64,000 nt of DNA, taken from the NCBI GenBank assembly GCA_002269645.1, contig NIVC01001970.1:13329-77328 (forward strand). Direction: 5' to 3'. Under the pieces are notes generated by a model. The model was given only the letters and a program-made list of their open reading frames with translations. It was not told where the DNA came from and did not search any database. The translations under genes were made by a program, and so were the position numbers. This document shows, piece after piece, positions 14,901-24,459 of the stretch. Numbering within the stretch: position 1 is the first letter of the stretch; every line of letters starts with the position of its first letter. The stretch comes from Macrostomum lignano (lineage: Eukaryota).

Positions 14901-15274
14901 GGATCCTCAATATCCTGAGTAGAGTTCTGTCGATATTCCGAATAACCCGCCTGCACAGATTTCGAAGTGGGAGACAGGAGCCCCACCGGACTCCTTGGGG
15001 GCGGTTTGGTCTGCGTGCTCTCGCTCATTGACGCACGTCTGAGCTGCTGGCGGACCTGATCCTTGGCGACTGTCAGATCCCGGATGCTGGTTAGGTCGAC
15101 TGGCCTGGACTTGAGAAGGGGATACCACTCAGACTCGCGACTGTCGCGAAGGCTGCCTCTTCTACCTTCGAATAGAAGATCGGTGGTGTCCATTCTCTGC
15201 GAGTTCGTTACCGATTGACCGTCTGTCTGCGAGCTCCCGGTGACTTGCACTGCTAGTGACTGGCTTTCACGCTG
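1..15274 (-). CDS. Paralog A giant exon (>=5,090 codons, runs off left edge): unique acidic S/T-rich segment followed by 46/57-aa Cys-Met-Glu-Val repeat arrays
   Basis: ORF 3086..15346 is open for 4086 aa. The true start is the acceptor ttgatctacag|CAG CGT GAA at 15274 (phase 0, matching the upstream exon). The same repeats continue to position 1 with scattered 1-2 nt indels. Confidence 0.85.
5936..13260 (-). repeat. Coding higher-order repeat: two 138-bp units plus 2-4 171-bp (57-aa) units (618/789/960-bp periods)
   Basis: The block LPTLDGS...SQSVND / MGFCEMLETSDTTM...QEIDD recurs ~9 times, separated by ETLVKEASVQVEQPVD units; for example 6661, 7621 and 8581 are 960 bp apart. Confidence 0.95.
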
Positions 15275-15359
15275 CTGTAGATCAATGGGTAGGTAATAAA
15301 AACAGTTTTTGATGTGCAAAACTGATCCAAATTTAACTTGAGTCAAATTTTCTGCTTAC

Positions 15360-15483
15360 TTGGACGCTTTGATTAACTGTTGTTGATTTTCTGACCTCTG
15401 TCAAACGAGTTGAGTAGAGACTCCAATCCTGCATCCGGGTCTGCAGATCTTCCATTTGTTTGCCACTTTCTTCCTGCATTTTC
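15360..15483 (-). CDS. Paralog A coding exon 8 (KMQEESGKQMEDLQTRMQDWSLYSTRLTEVRKSTTVNQSVQ)
   Basis: ttttgcag| acceptor and |gtaagc donor; 124 nt, phase 2 in and phase 0 out, joining its neighbours in frame; duplicated at 57494-57617. Confidence 0.8.
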
Positions 15484-15539
15484 CTGCAAAATTCATTGAG
15501 AAGTTACTTATAAGAGCGTATATAGAGCGTTCTCAGGAA

Positions 15540-16220
15540 CAGACTGGAGCGTGCTCACAAACAGACTGGAGCATGCTCACAAACAGACTGGAGCGTTCTC
15601 AGAAACAGACTGGAGCGTGCTCACAAACAGACTGGAGCATGCTCACAAACAGACTGGAGCGTGCTCACAAACAGACTGGAGCATGCTCACAAACAGACTG
15701 GAGCATGCTCACAAACAGACTGGAGCGTGCTCACAAACAGACTGGAGCGTGATCGCAAACAGACTGGAGCATGCTCACAAACAGACTGGAGCATGCTCAC
15801 AAACAGACTGGAGCATGCTCACAAACAGACTGGAGCATGCTCACAAACAGACTGGAGCATGCTCACAAACAGACTGGAGCGTGCTCACAAACAGACTGGA
15901 GCGTGATCACAAACAGACTGGAGCATGCTCACAAACAGACTGGAGCATGCTCACAAACAGACTGGAGCATGCTCACAAACAGACTGGAGCATGCTCACAA
16001 ATAGACTGAAGCGTGCTCACAAACAGACTGGAGCGTGCTCACAAACAGACTGGAGCATGCTCACAAACAGACTGGAGCATGCTCACAAACAGACTGGAGC
16101 ATGCTCACAAACAGACTGGAGCGTGCTCACAAACAGACTGGAGCGTGATCACAAACAGACTGGAGCGTGATCACAAACAGACTGGAGCGTGATCACAAAC
16201 AGACTGGAGCGTGATCACAA
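15540..16220. repeat. Intronic 22-bp minisatellite (ACAAACAGACTGGAGCRTGCTC)n, ~30 copies
   Basis: Direct reading; paralogous array at 57670-58135. Confidence 0.95.
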
Positions 16221-16257
16221 CAACACAAGAGTTCCACTAGAGTTGGCCCGAACTCAC

Positions 16258-16441
16258 TGTAGGACAGAAATGGCGGTCATCATCTGAGCCGACTCTTCCG
16301 TTAGCCCGCTGTGGTCGCGCTTGAAAAATTCCAACTGCTCGTTGAGGCATTTCCAGTTTCGCATGTGCTCAAGCAGCTTCTCAAGCAAAGATCGAAGCAG
16401 AACGGCGTCGCTCGAGCGAACCGTCGAACTCTGGTCCGGCG
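16258..16441 (-). CDS. Paralog A coding exon 7 (helical, PDQSSTVRSSDAVLLRSLLEKLLEHMRNWKCLNEQLEFFKRDHSGLTEESAQMMTAISVL)
   Basis: cattgcag| acceptor and |gtgagt donor; 184 nt, phase 1 in and phase 2 out; near-identical copy at 58172-58355. Confidence 0.75.
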
Positions 16442-16659
16442 CTGCAATGATGAAACGGTGTGGGGGCGTTTCAGCAAGCAAGTCGAAAAAACTCACCGTT
16501 AACTTCTGATAGCTCAAAACTCGACAGCATTGAAGAGAATTAGAATTTCAAGATTATAAAACTTAAAGTTTGCGAAAGTGACCAGAAAGTTTTCTCGACT
16601 ATGTGATTTTTAATACCTGGACATTGAATTCTAAAGCCCGTGTAAAAGTCTCCAGTGTA

Positions 16660-17350
16660 AAAGCCCCTGGTGCTAAAGCCCGTGGTGCTAAATCCCCTGG
16701 TGCTAAAGCCCCTGGTGCTGAAGCCCGTGGTGCTAAAGCCCGTGGTGCTAAAGCCCCTGGTGCTAAAGCCCGTGGTGCTAAAGCCCGTGGTGCTAAAGCC
16801 CCTGGTGCTAAAGCCCGTGGTGCTAAAGCCCGTGGTGCTAAAGCCCCTGGTGCTAAAGCCCGTGGTGCTAAAGCCCGTGGTGCTAAAGCCCCTGGTGCTA
16901 AAGCCCGTGGTGCTAAAGCCCCTGGTGCTAAAGCCCCTGGTGCTAAAGCCCCTGGTGCTAAAGCCCCTGGTGCTTAAGCCCCTGGTGCTAAAGCCCGTGG
17001 TGCTAAAGCCCCTAGTGCTAAAGCCCCTGGTACTAAAGCCCCTGGTGCTAAAGCCCGTGGTGCTAAAGCCCCTGGTGCTAAAGCCCGTGGTGCTAAAGCC
17101 CCTGGTGCTAAAGCCCGTGGTGCTAAAGCTCGTGGTGCTAAATCCCCTGGTGCTAAAGCCCCTGGTGCTGAAGCCCGTGGTGCTAAAGCCCGTGGTGCTA
17201 AAGCCCCTGGTGCTAAAGCCCGTGGTGCTAAAGCCCGTGGTGCTAAAGCCCCTGGTGCTAAAGCCCGTGGTGCTAAAGCCCGTGGTGCTAAAGCCCCTGG
17301 TGCTAAAGCCCGTGGTGCTAAAGCCCGTGGTGCTAAAGCCCGTGGTGCCA
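16660..17350. repeat. Intronic 15-bp minisatellite (GCTAAAGCCCCTGGT / GCTAAAGCCCGTGGT)n, ~46 copies
   Basis: Direct reading; paralogous array at 58570-59447. Confidence 0.95.
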
Positions 17351-17473
17351 AAGCACCTGGAACTGGAGTTTGATTGAATTCTCAGATTGAATTACTGGAG
17401 TCCTTTGGTACCTTAAAGCCCATACCCGTTAGGTAGATTATTTGAAACGTAATTATCAGCATGAATAACTCAC

Positions 17474-17624
17474 AACTGAGCACGAGTCGGTCTCGAACGG
17501 CTTGAACCGCTTCAACCAGCTGACTGCGCTGCTGGCCCTCGTCTCCCAGTAGGCCGTCACTGAGGGCTTCCTCCAGCTGGGTGAGAAAGTTCAGGAATGT
17601 CAGCTGAGCTGATGGCTCCGCAGT
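17474..17624 (-). CDS. Paralog A coding exon 6 (TAEPSAQLTFLNFLTQLEEALSDGLLGDEGQQRSQLVEAVQAVRDRLVLS)
   Basis: ttatag| acceptor and |gtgagt donor; 151 nt, phase 0 in and phase 1 out; the paralog copy differs by one synonymous and one conservative change. Confidence 0.8.
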
Positions 17625-17725
17625 CTATAAGGGTGCAATGAAGAGCTTACTGTCTGATAAAATCTTATTATAGTTAAAAAGAAACTACGTTTGAAACAGA
17701 TTTTAGTCAGCGTTAAACAGCTCAC

Positions 17726-17837
17726 CACGGTGTCATTGCTGAGCAGCTTCTGCAAATAGTCGGAGTAGAACTGCGTCAGCCACTGCTGAACTTCGGTTAG
17801 CAGACTTGCCCACGTGTTGCGCAGCTTGCGTCGAATT
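17726..17837 (-). CDS. Paralog A coding exon 5 (IRRKLRNTWASLLTEVQQWLTQFYSDYLQKLLSNDTV), helix following the plakin SH3
   Basis: ttttctag| acceptor and |gtgagc donor; 112 nt, phase 2 in and phase 0 out, in frame with the SH3 exon. Confidence 0.8.
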
Positions 17838-18044
17838 CTAGAAAAGTTTTTTGTGTGTTAGGAACTTTTTAATTTAAAAAAGGTACTACGGAAGTGTAGA
17901 GGTCATTACGTTAAAAGTAATAAAAATCGTTTGTACAATAATTATCCCGACGAAAATCATTGCTCCAGTAGCTAGCCAAAAAATAATAACCTAACCGTAA
18001 ATACCGGAAAACTTCTGTTTCTTAGAAAACAACAACAACAACAA

Positions 18045-19066
18045 CCGACCCGACCCGATCCGGGATCAAGCCAAGCTGGAATCCGAGCAGATTCTGCATT
18101 GCCCACGCCGGGAATCGAACTGGATCAGAAACAAGCCCTGGCTTCCGAGAATCGAGGATCGGGTCACCCTTTGCGAGCACCTGACTCAGCCGGTCTCCAG
18201 GAACGATCCGCCAGAGACCAGGCGGTCGGCGACGGAAGACACCATTAAATCATGGGGCGACCGCAAGATCCACTATTTCACCGACGGATCTGCATCCGAA
18301 GGAACGGAGAATGGAGGGGCAGCCTGTGTGGCAGTCGCCCCTACTTCGGGCCAGGTGGTTTGGATTGAGGGAGCTGCTACCGGGCGCTGGTGTGGCTCGT
18401 TCCAAGCTGAACTCTCAGCTCTGCACCTCGCCCTGGACCACATCCTTGAGACTAAGCAGGACTCTGCCCTGATCCTCACCGACAGCCAATCGGCCATTGC
18501 GGCGCTCAGAGGTCGGCAGCACTCCCTGAACCCTCTGCTCGAGTCGCTCAAGCGCAAGCTGACGCAGGTGGAGAGCCACGCCGACGTGGTCCTGCAGTGG
18601 ATCCCAGGTCATTCTGGGACTCCCGGTAACGAGAGAGCCGACACCGAGGCAAAGAACGCCTGTCTGCTCCCCAGGACCTTCTAGGGATCGACATCGAGGC
18701 CGCCCGAAGCCGCATACGCCGTCTCATCAACTATAAGCCTCTCCTGAATGACCGGCTGAAGCGGGTCTACAGCAAGACCCCCTCGATGCCTGCTCGCCCT
18801 CGCGCGCTTCAGGTTTCCATAGCTCAAATGCGTGCCGGTCACGATCCTTCTACGGCGTACTATCAGCACCGAATAGGCACTAGGGAGGATAGCAGATGCC
18901 TCCGGTGCGACCTCTTAGAAGACAAGGACCACTTCCTCGAATGTCCGGCCCTGGCCGGAGCTCGGCACGCGACGGACCTACACCAACTGGAGGACTTGGC
19001 CGATGGCGATCTGGTGGCTAGGTTCTTGGACTGCCTGCATAGGCAGCCCTAGACCACCTTCCGCAA
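18045..19066 (+). mobile_element. 5'-truncated non-LTR retrotransposon with RNase H and C-terminal CCHC (I/Ingi-group-like), one frameshift
   Basis: RNase H motifs YFTDGS..., AELSAL..AL, ILTDSQSA and WIPGHSGTPGNERAD..AK. After a 1-nt shift: IAQMRAGH...YYQHRIG...C..C...ED.DHFLECP. Stop at 19052, then (CAA)n. Confidence 0.85.
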
Positions 19067-19067
19067 C

Positions 19068-19068
<1 letters not shown>

Positions 19069-19143
<75 letters not shown>
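19069..19143. repeat. (CAA)n microsatellite, ~25 units, between two tail-to-tail LINE 3' ends; a second short (ACA)n tract lies at 18029-18044
   Basis: Direct reading. Confidence 0.95.
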
Positions 19144-19720
19144 AGTACACTGGATAGTCTCCAGTGTCACAGGGTGCGTCTCAAGGCCAGAGTGCGAACA
19201 TTGGCCGCTCCGCCGGCAGAGTCCAGGGCGCCGGCGTCAGCCAGCAGGCAGTCGACGAAACGCCGAGTGCGCGCCTGTCCTCGCCGGTAGGGTGCCTGCA
19301 GTGTCAGCAGCAGCACCTCCTGCACCGGCTCTGGGCAGTACGACTCGGCGCGGATGATGTGGCCTGCCAGCTGGAGTCGCCGACGGCGCAGCAGGTCACT
19401 TGGACGGGCCCGGCCGTCGCGGCGATAGAGTGCCGCGTTGGTGACTCGCTCGTCGCCGATCTTGAAGGCGGCGCGCAGCAGGCCAGCGTGCGCCGCGTCG
19501 ACTTGATGTTCGAGCGAGTCTGTCAGCGTCCAGGTCTCGGCGTTGTAAAGCAGGCCGGTTTCGACTACCGCCTGAAACAAAGCCGCCCTCTGGCGGTCCG
19601 GAAGGGCCTCAGACTGCAGGACCGCCCTCACAGAGCGGAAGGCAGCCCAGGCAAGCCCGCGGCGACGACGCAGATCCTCGCGTACGTCGGGAACCAGACC
19701 ACCGAGGTAGACGAACTAAC
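19144..19720 (-). mobile_element. 5'-truncated RTE-clade LINE (end of RT and C-terminus) with (TTG)n tail and 9-bp TSD TCTTAGAAA (18020-18028 / 19721-19729)
   Basis: FVYLGG...EDLRRRRGLAWAAF...LFQAVVETGLLYNAETWTLT...RRRRLQLAGHIIR is typical of the RTE ORF end. Paralog B has the empty site with a single TCTTAGAAA at ~60468. Confidence 0.85.
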
Positions 19721-19844
19721 TCTTAGAAAGTTATTTCAAAAACTTCTAAACACTACATTTAATGTAGCAGCGCCCTGGGCCTCCAATAATTTTTATCCAC
19801 CCTCCCTTTCTCCTCTGTGATACCTGTGCCCCGAGATGAGCCAT

Positions 19845-20177
19845 TGGGATGACTCATTGGGATGACTCATTGGGATGACTTATTGGGATGACTCATTGGG
19901 ATGACTCTTTGGGATGACTAATTGGGATGACTTATTGGGATGACTTATTGGGATGACTCATTGGGATGACTCATTGGGATGACTCATTGGGATGACTCAT
20001 TGGGATGACTCATTGGGATGACTCATTGGGATGACTCATTGGGATGACTCATTGGGATGACTCATTGGGATGACTCATTGGGATGACTCATTGGGATGAC
20101 TCATTGGGATGACTCATTGGGATGACTCATTGGGATGACTCATTGGGATGACTCATTGGGATGACTCATTGGGATGA
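19845..20177. repeat. 13-bp tandem repeat (TTGGGATGACTCA)n, ~25 copies, most containing ATGACTCAT
   Basis: Direct reading; degenerate paralogous array at 60582-60770. Confidence 0.95.
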
Positions 20178-20460
20178 GTTATCACAATGACTCCTGCTTA
20201 TCGCCCACCCGCTCCCCCGAGCACCAACCCCACCTGTTTTCTGTTGTTCGAAGTCAATCATGTGACAGCTTTACGACCGCCTATATGTGCCCAAGCTTTT
20301 CCCCGCCTGTTACATAATCCCCCATAATCAATAATTTTCTCCGCTTCTCCCTACCCCAATGTCTCCTCTAATCATAGCGCGGCTGGCGGGTGAACTCATC
20401 AGAGTTGCTTGATAACAGAGGTCAAGGACAGGTCACGGTCTTGCGTCACACATGATCTCG

Positions 20461-20476
20461 GGGCTATAAATAGGAG
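20461..20476 (+). promoter_or_regulatory. TATA-like GGCTATAAATAGGAG in a conserved intronic block, antisense to the gene
   Basis: Same motif at ~61041-61055 in paralog B; lies ~280 bp downstream of the ATGACTCAT array in both copies. Confidence 0.35.
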
Positions 20477-21456
20477 CTTGTCTTGAGCCCTGAGCGGCAT
20501 CTTCCCCTCTCCTGTCCGCTGGGTTTCAGTCCCTCTTGCAGTTCTGTTTTCTCGCGACACCGAACCTTCCCTGAAAACTGAAAGCACCCGAACTGGCAAC
20601 TTTTCCCAGCTTTTATCTGGACCGACCCTTGAATCTCCCCCCATTGCTCTTAGTCGTGTTATGAAGTGTGAGTAGAGAGTGCGCCTGTCACAAGGCATGG
20701 AATAGAAGCTGAGGATCAGAGTGGAGATCACCGAGTATGAGCCAAACCCAATCAAATAATCATAGCAGTAACAGTGCTTCTAAATAAGTCCCTGTAGAAT
20801 GTGCACCACGAGAGAGCTCTGGAACCTGCACTTCCTCATCCCCCTGCCGCATCGAATCCATCTATATGAACTGGAAAGACATTAAAATGGCGTCATCTAT
20901 TATCCACCCTCGAGATCCTGAGGCTTAGGAGGGAATTTTGGTCTAGAATTATCGCTTACCAGCTAGAAGATCCCCCTATGCAAAAATCCTCATTTCCAGC
21001 ACGGACTAGACTGTCCTTGTATTACTCGCATGGAGTCCCTCAATCGGCCATCTCTAGTACAGTTGCGTCAAGAACCTTCGTCTGTTATACAGACCGGGAG
21101 TTCCGTCTCGTTTGTGGGAGTTTTCACCGGGTGTACTCCTGCACAGGTTACTGGTGGCGACCGCGCCTCTGGCGTGTACCTTCAAACAACCCGGGCCCGT
21201 TGTCAAGATAGTGGGACCTTGGCCGCAAAGTCAGCTACCGCACCATCCAGAAGTGGACAACGTCTTGGGGACACATGTCCTAAGCAATTTAGCGTCCCTA
21301 AAGTTACGGCATGTTTTTTTCGATTGACTCCTTTCATTGCATTCTTTCTGTTAATGTCTATTTGGTTATACATTAAAGTTATACGAAGAGTTAACCATTC
21401 GTTGGTGAGAATGCAAAATTTTTGGGGAAATCGGTGGGGAAATTAGGCTGACTCAC

Positions 21457-21611
21457 ACGACAGCCACTTCAACAGCCTCAGTGTCTGGCGGCGGCAGCCA
21501 GATGCAGATGCTGGGCACCTCCATCACTGTTCCATCGGCCTTGGCCACCTTCCAGTTGAATGAGTTTGAGTTGTCCAGTACTGTCACCTCCTCGGAGTTG
21601 TTCAGAGTGTT
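21457..21611 (-). CDS. Paralog A coding exon 4: plakin-domain SH3 C-terminal half (EEVTVLDNSNSFNWKVAKADGTVMEVPSICIWLPPPDTEAVEVA)
   Basis: Matches the plakin SH3 signature WKV...G....VPSVC..(I/V)PPP..EA of plectin/BPAG1/MACF/desmoplakin (recalled from family knowledge); cccaccag| acceptor and |gtgagt donor; 155 nt. Confidence 0.85.
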
Positions 21612-21639
21612 CTGGTGGGAGAGAATAGAATGCATAGTG

Positions 21640-21845
21640 AGCATAGGATGCATAGTGAGCATAGGATGCATCAGTGAGCATAGGATGCATCAGTGAGCAT
21701 AGGATGCATCAGTGAGCATAGGATGCATAGTGAGCATAGGATGCATAGTGAGCATAGGATGCATCAGTGAGCATAGGATGCATCAGTGAGCATAGGATGC
21801 ATCAGTGAGCATAGGATGCATCAGTGAGCATAGGATGCATAGTGA
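21640..21845. repeat. Intronic 18/19-bp minisatellite (GCATAGGATGCAT(C)AGTGA)n
   Basis: Direct reading, ~11 copies. Confidence 0.9.
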
Positions 21846-21869
21846 GTGAACATCGGAACATGCATATCC

Positions 21870-22392
21870 CACTGCAGACCCACATTGCAGACCCCACACT
21901 GCAGACCTCACACTGCAGACGTCACACTGCAGACCCAAGATTGCAGACCCCACACTGCAGACCCACATTGCAGACCCCACACTGCAGACCTCACACTGCA
22001 GACGTCACACTGCAGACCCAAGATTGCAGACCCCACACTGCAGACCCACATTGCAGACCCCACACTGCAGACGTCACACTGCAGACCCAAGATTGCAGAC
22101 CCCACACTGCAGACCCCACATTGCAGACCTCAACTGCAGACCCCAACTGCAGACCTCACACTGCAGACGTCACACTGCAGACCCAAGATTGCAGACCCCA
22201 CACTGCAGACCCACACTGCAGACCCACATTGCAGACCCAACACTGCAGACGTCACACTGCAGACCCAAGATTGCAGACCCCACACTGCAGACCCACATTG
22301 CAGACCCCACACTGCAGACCCCCCACTGCAGACGTCACACTGCAGACCCAAGATTGCAGACCCCACACTGCAGACCCCACACTGCAGACCCC
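21870..22392. repeat. Intronic compound minisatellite of 11-13-bp CACTGCAGAC(C/G)-based units with higher-order periodicity
   Basis: Direct reading; CTGCAG recurs every ~11-13 bp. Confidence 0.9.
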
Positions 22393-22414
22393 AGATACGC
22401 ATAAGCAAGCAAAC

Positions 22415-22561
22415 CTCTCCATCGTCGAAACGGAAAATATTTCTGGCCGGATAGCCAACATCCACTGGCTGGCAGCGGCGGTACAGCGGCACCACGCTGT
22501 GACTCTTCGACATCAGCTGGTCGGTGCGCTGTGACAGCAGCAGCAGCTGTGAGTAGTTTTC
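22415..22561 (-). CDS. Paralog A coding exon 3 (ENYSQLLLLSQRTDQLMSKSHSVVPLYRRCQPVDVGYPARNIFRFDDGE), spectrin repeat into SH3 start
   Basis: tttctacag| acceptor and |gtttgc donor; 147 nt, phase 0/0; L..KS..VVPL..R matches the plakin L..RAK.VV.LKPR segment preceding the SH3. Confidence 0.8.
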
Positions 22562-23165
22562 CTGTAGAAAAGAGAAATATTTTTTAGGTTTCACGCCTTG
22601 ATACCAGTACACCTATTAATGTTGCTAGTAGTCATCATTGCAAGTGGAGGTAAAAAGGTTTCCGACGTATAATGATGAGGACTGTGGATGGTAAAGTTAT
22701 TTATTGGATTCTCACCCATCAGGGCCAACCCCCAAAGCACAGAGGGTGTTGTACATGCCTGAAGGTAAGAAAGTCAAAGGGCTGCTTGTACACGTACACC
22801 CTTTGTGAGCCCGTGTGCACGAGGGCGTGCCTCAACTCTGGTTGTGAGAGGATTTCGTACTCACAACCCTTCTGTGAATATTTCTTGTCTTTTTTCGCTG
22901 GACCATGAGCATTGGAGGAGGCCGCAACCCCTAAAGGGCGCCGCGATATACAGTGTCTTCGTGGGCGCCCCTGCCACTGTCTTCTGGGCCAGTGCAGCTC
23001 GTATGCCACATCCAACAGATGGCAAAAGTTAGTTATGGAGGGACAGCGGCCCGTTGGTCTTCCTCTGCGTTCCTCCACTGTATTTGCCTGCCGACCCATT
23101 GACACGAAATCCAATTTAATCCCATTTATCCCGTGAAATTTTTCGCAAGCACAGAAGAAACTCAC

Positions 23166-23390
23166 ACTCAAGACCGTGTTCATTCGCTGCATAGAGCTCA
23201 GCTGTCCTGTTGGCGGAATCGAACCAACGACTTGAGCGTTAGCCAGATTTCGCGAGTTGATCACCTCTTCAAGCTCGTTGGCTTCGTGATAGAACCATTG
23301 ATAATCTGCCGAATTCTTCAGGTGCAGCTGGGTCAGCTCGCCGAGTCGAGTCACCCATTCCCAGGTCTGCGACACCTCGTTGCTGAGTTG
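23166..23390 (-). CDS. Paralog A coding exon 2: plakin spectrin-repeat junction (QLSNEVSQTWEWVTRLGELTQLHLKNSADYQWFYHEANELEEVI...)
   Basis: W.W...L......HLK..A.Y..F..EA.E motif, compare plectin [26 protein letters not shown]; cttcag| acceptor and |gtgagt donor; 225 nt, phase 0/0. Confidence 0.85.
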
Positions 23391-23844
23391 CTGAAGTTTT
23401 GGGTTTAAGCAAACGCTTTGCAGGATTGATAGCTCTTATATAGTAAAAAGAAAGTCTGGGAAGTGACGTTTTGGGGAATAGTTAAAGAAAAATTCGTGAT
23501 TTATCATACACCTGAGCACCGGAGTTATCTTATGTAAGCTATTGCATGGTTTTTGTTCCTAAACATCGATATATTCAATGCGACTCTGACTTTCTAGTCA
23601 TCACTACTTGTAGTTCTGTGCTTTGCTCAGGCTTTTTTGCAAGTTCAACAAGCCATTTTTTATGAAATGCTACCACCGCGGCAATAAAGCAAATTTTAAT
23701 GGCGAAATTTGAATTTTTGCATCTCTCAAGTGTATTCTTTCTGCGCTTTGAGCTTTGTAACTTTACAATAATGCCTCGTACTTTTCGAAACTTGTCAAGC
23801 TTGTAAGTGGATTTTGAACGAAGCACTATTTAAGTATTTCGCAC

Positions 23845-24249
23845 CTTTTTCTCCAATAGTTCCGTGTTGTCACGCTGGGACAGAGCGATGGCCTGGCCTT
23901 CCACTTGGCGGCAGCACTCGGCTAGGTTGCTTTCAAGGCTGGAGATCTGTCTCAGGTAGGCGATAGCGTCCTTGTTGATTGACACTTGGCCGCGAGCCTG
24001 CTGCAGCTGCTGCGCGCAGGACGAATCTTCCAGAAGTAGCTTCTGCGCTTCGGACGATGAAGCGATCGCCAGCTGCTCTTCTAGGCTGGCAATCTTGGCA
24101 AGGAGCGACTCCTGCGTTCGGCTCTGGTGCAGCAGGGCTTGCTGGCTGCAGCCCAGTCGCGGCGAGGCGATCACGTCAGCGTTGGCCGTCAGCCAGGCTT
24201 GCGCCGCCTCGATTACATCGGGGTTGTCTGGCGTCTCCAGCGAAGCCAT
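23845..24249 (-). CDS. Paralog A first coding exon (MASLETPDNPDVIEAAQAWLTANADVIASPRLGCSQQALL...), spectrin-repeat-like
   Basis: ATG at 24249 in ACGATGG context; acceptor ttttccag| at 24262 and donor AAG|gtgcga at 23845. Summed small exons give 1503 nt = 501 codons, an exact multiple of 3. Confidence 0.7.
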
Positions 24250-24459
24250 CGTTTGACAATGGCTGGAAAAGCGATGGAGGCGGTGAGGCGTTCTTGATTC
24301 ACGTTTCAGATACAAGATTGACAGCTTTTGGTAGATAAACACGCGTGTCTATCTTTGTTGGCTGCCTTCTGGGACTATTTGATACGTGTTCTTTCTGTGG
24401 CGTGGAATGCGCTGGGGGGTTCATTCTGGAGCTCGACATGCACTGTGGTTCATTCTGGA

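Noticed and set aside
15275-15346. ORF start MTQVKFGSVLHIKNCFYYLPIDLQ (and 57409-57480)
   Set aside because: Intronic read-through between the gtaagc donor and the ctacag acceptor; not the protein N-terminus.
16603-17377. Histone H1-like (AKAPG/AKARG)n ORFs, also at 58517-59547
   Set aside because: A stop-free 15-bp minisatellite in an intron on the opposite strand; broken by TAA in A and by +1 insertions in B, so the frame is not conserved.
19762-21060. Definite solo LTR (TGTAGCAG ... CTGTTACA-like ends)
   Set aside because: The ends match only imperfectly and no target-site duplication is visible; kept only as a hypothesis in the AP-1 array finding.
21453-22612. Cys/His-rich ORFs (PHCRPTLQT..., MHPMLT...) and similar ORFs at 15456-16170, 24801-25208, 27308-27727 and 28149-28545
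   Set aside because: Translations of minisatellites, open in several frames, with no splice or homology support.
22719-23165. C-terminal part of the 218-aa ORF 22719..23375
   Set aside because: Lies past the AGT|gtgagt donor at 23166; intronic, with no plakin similarity.
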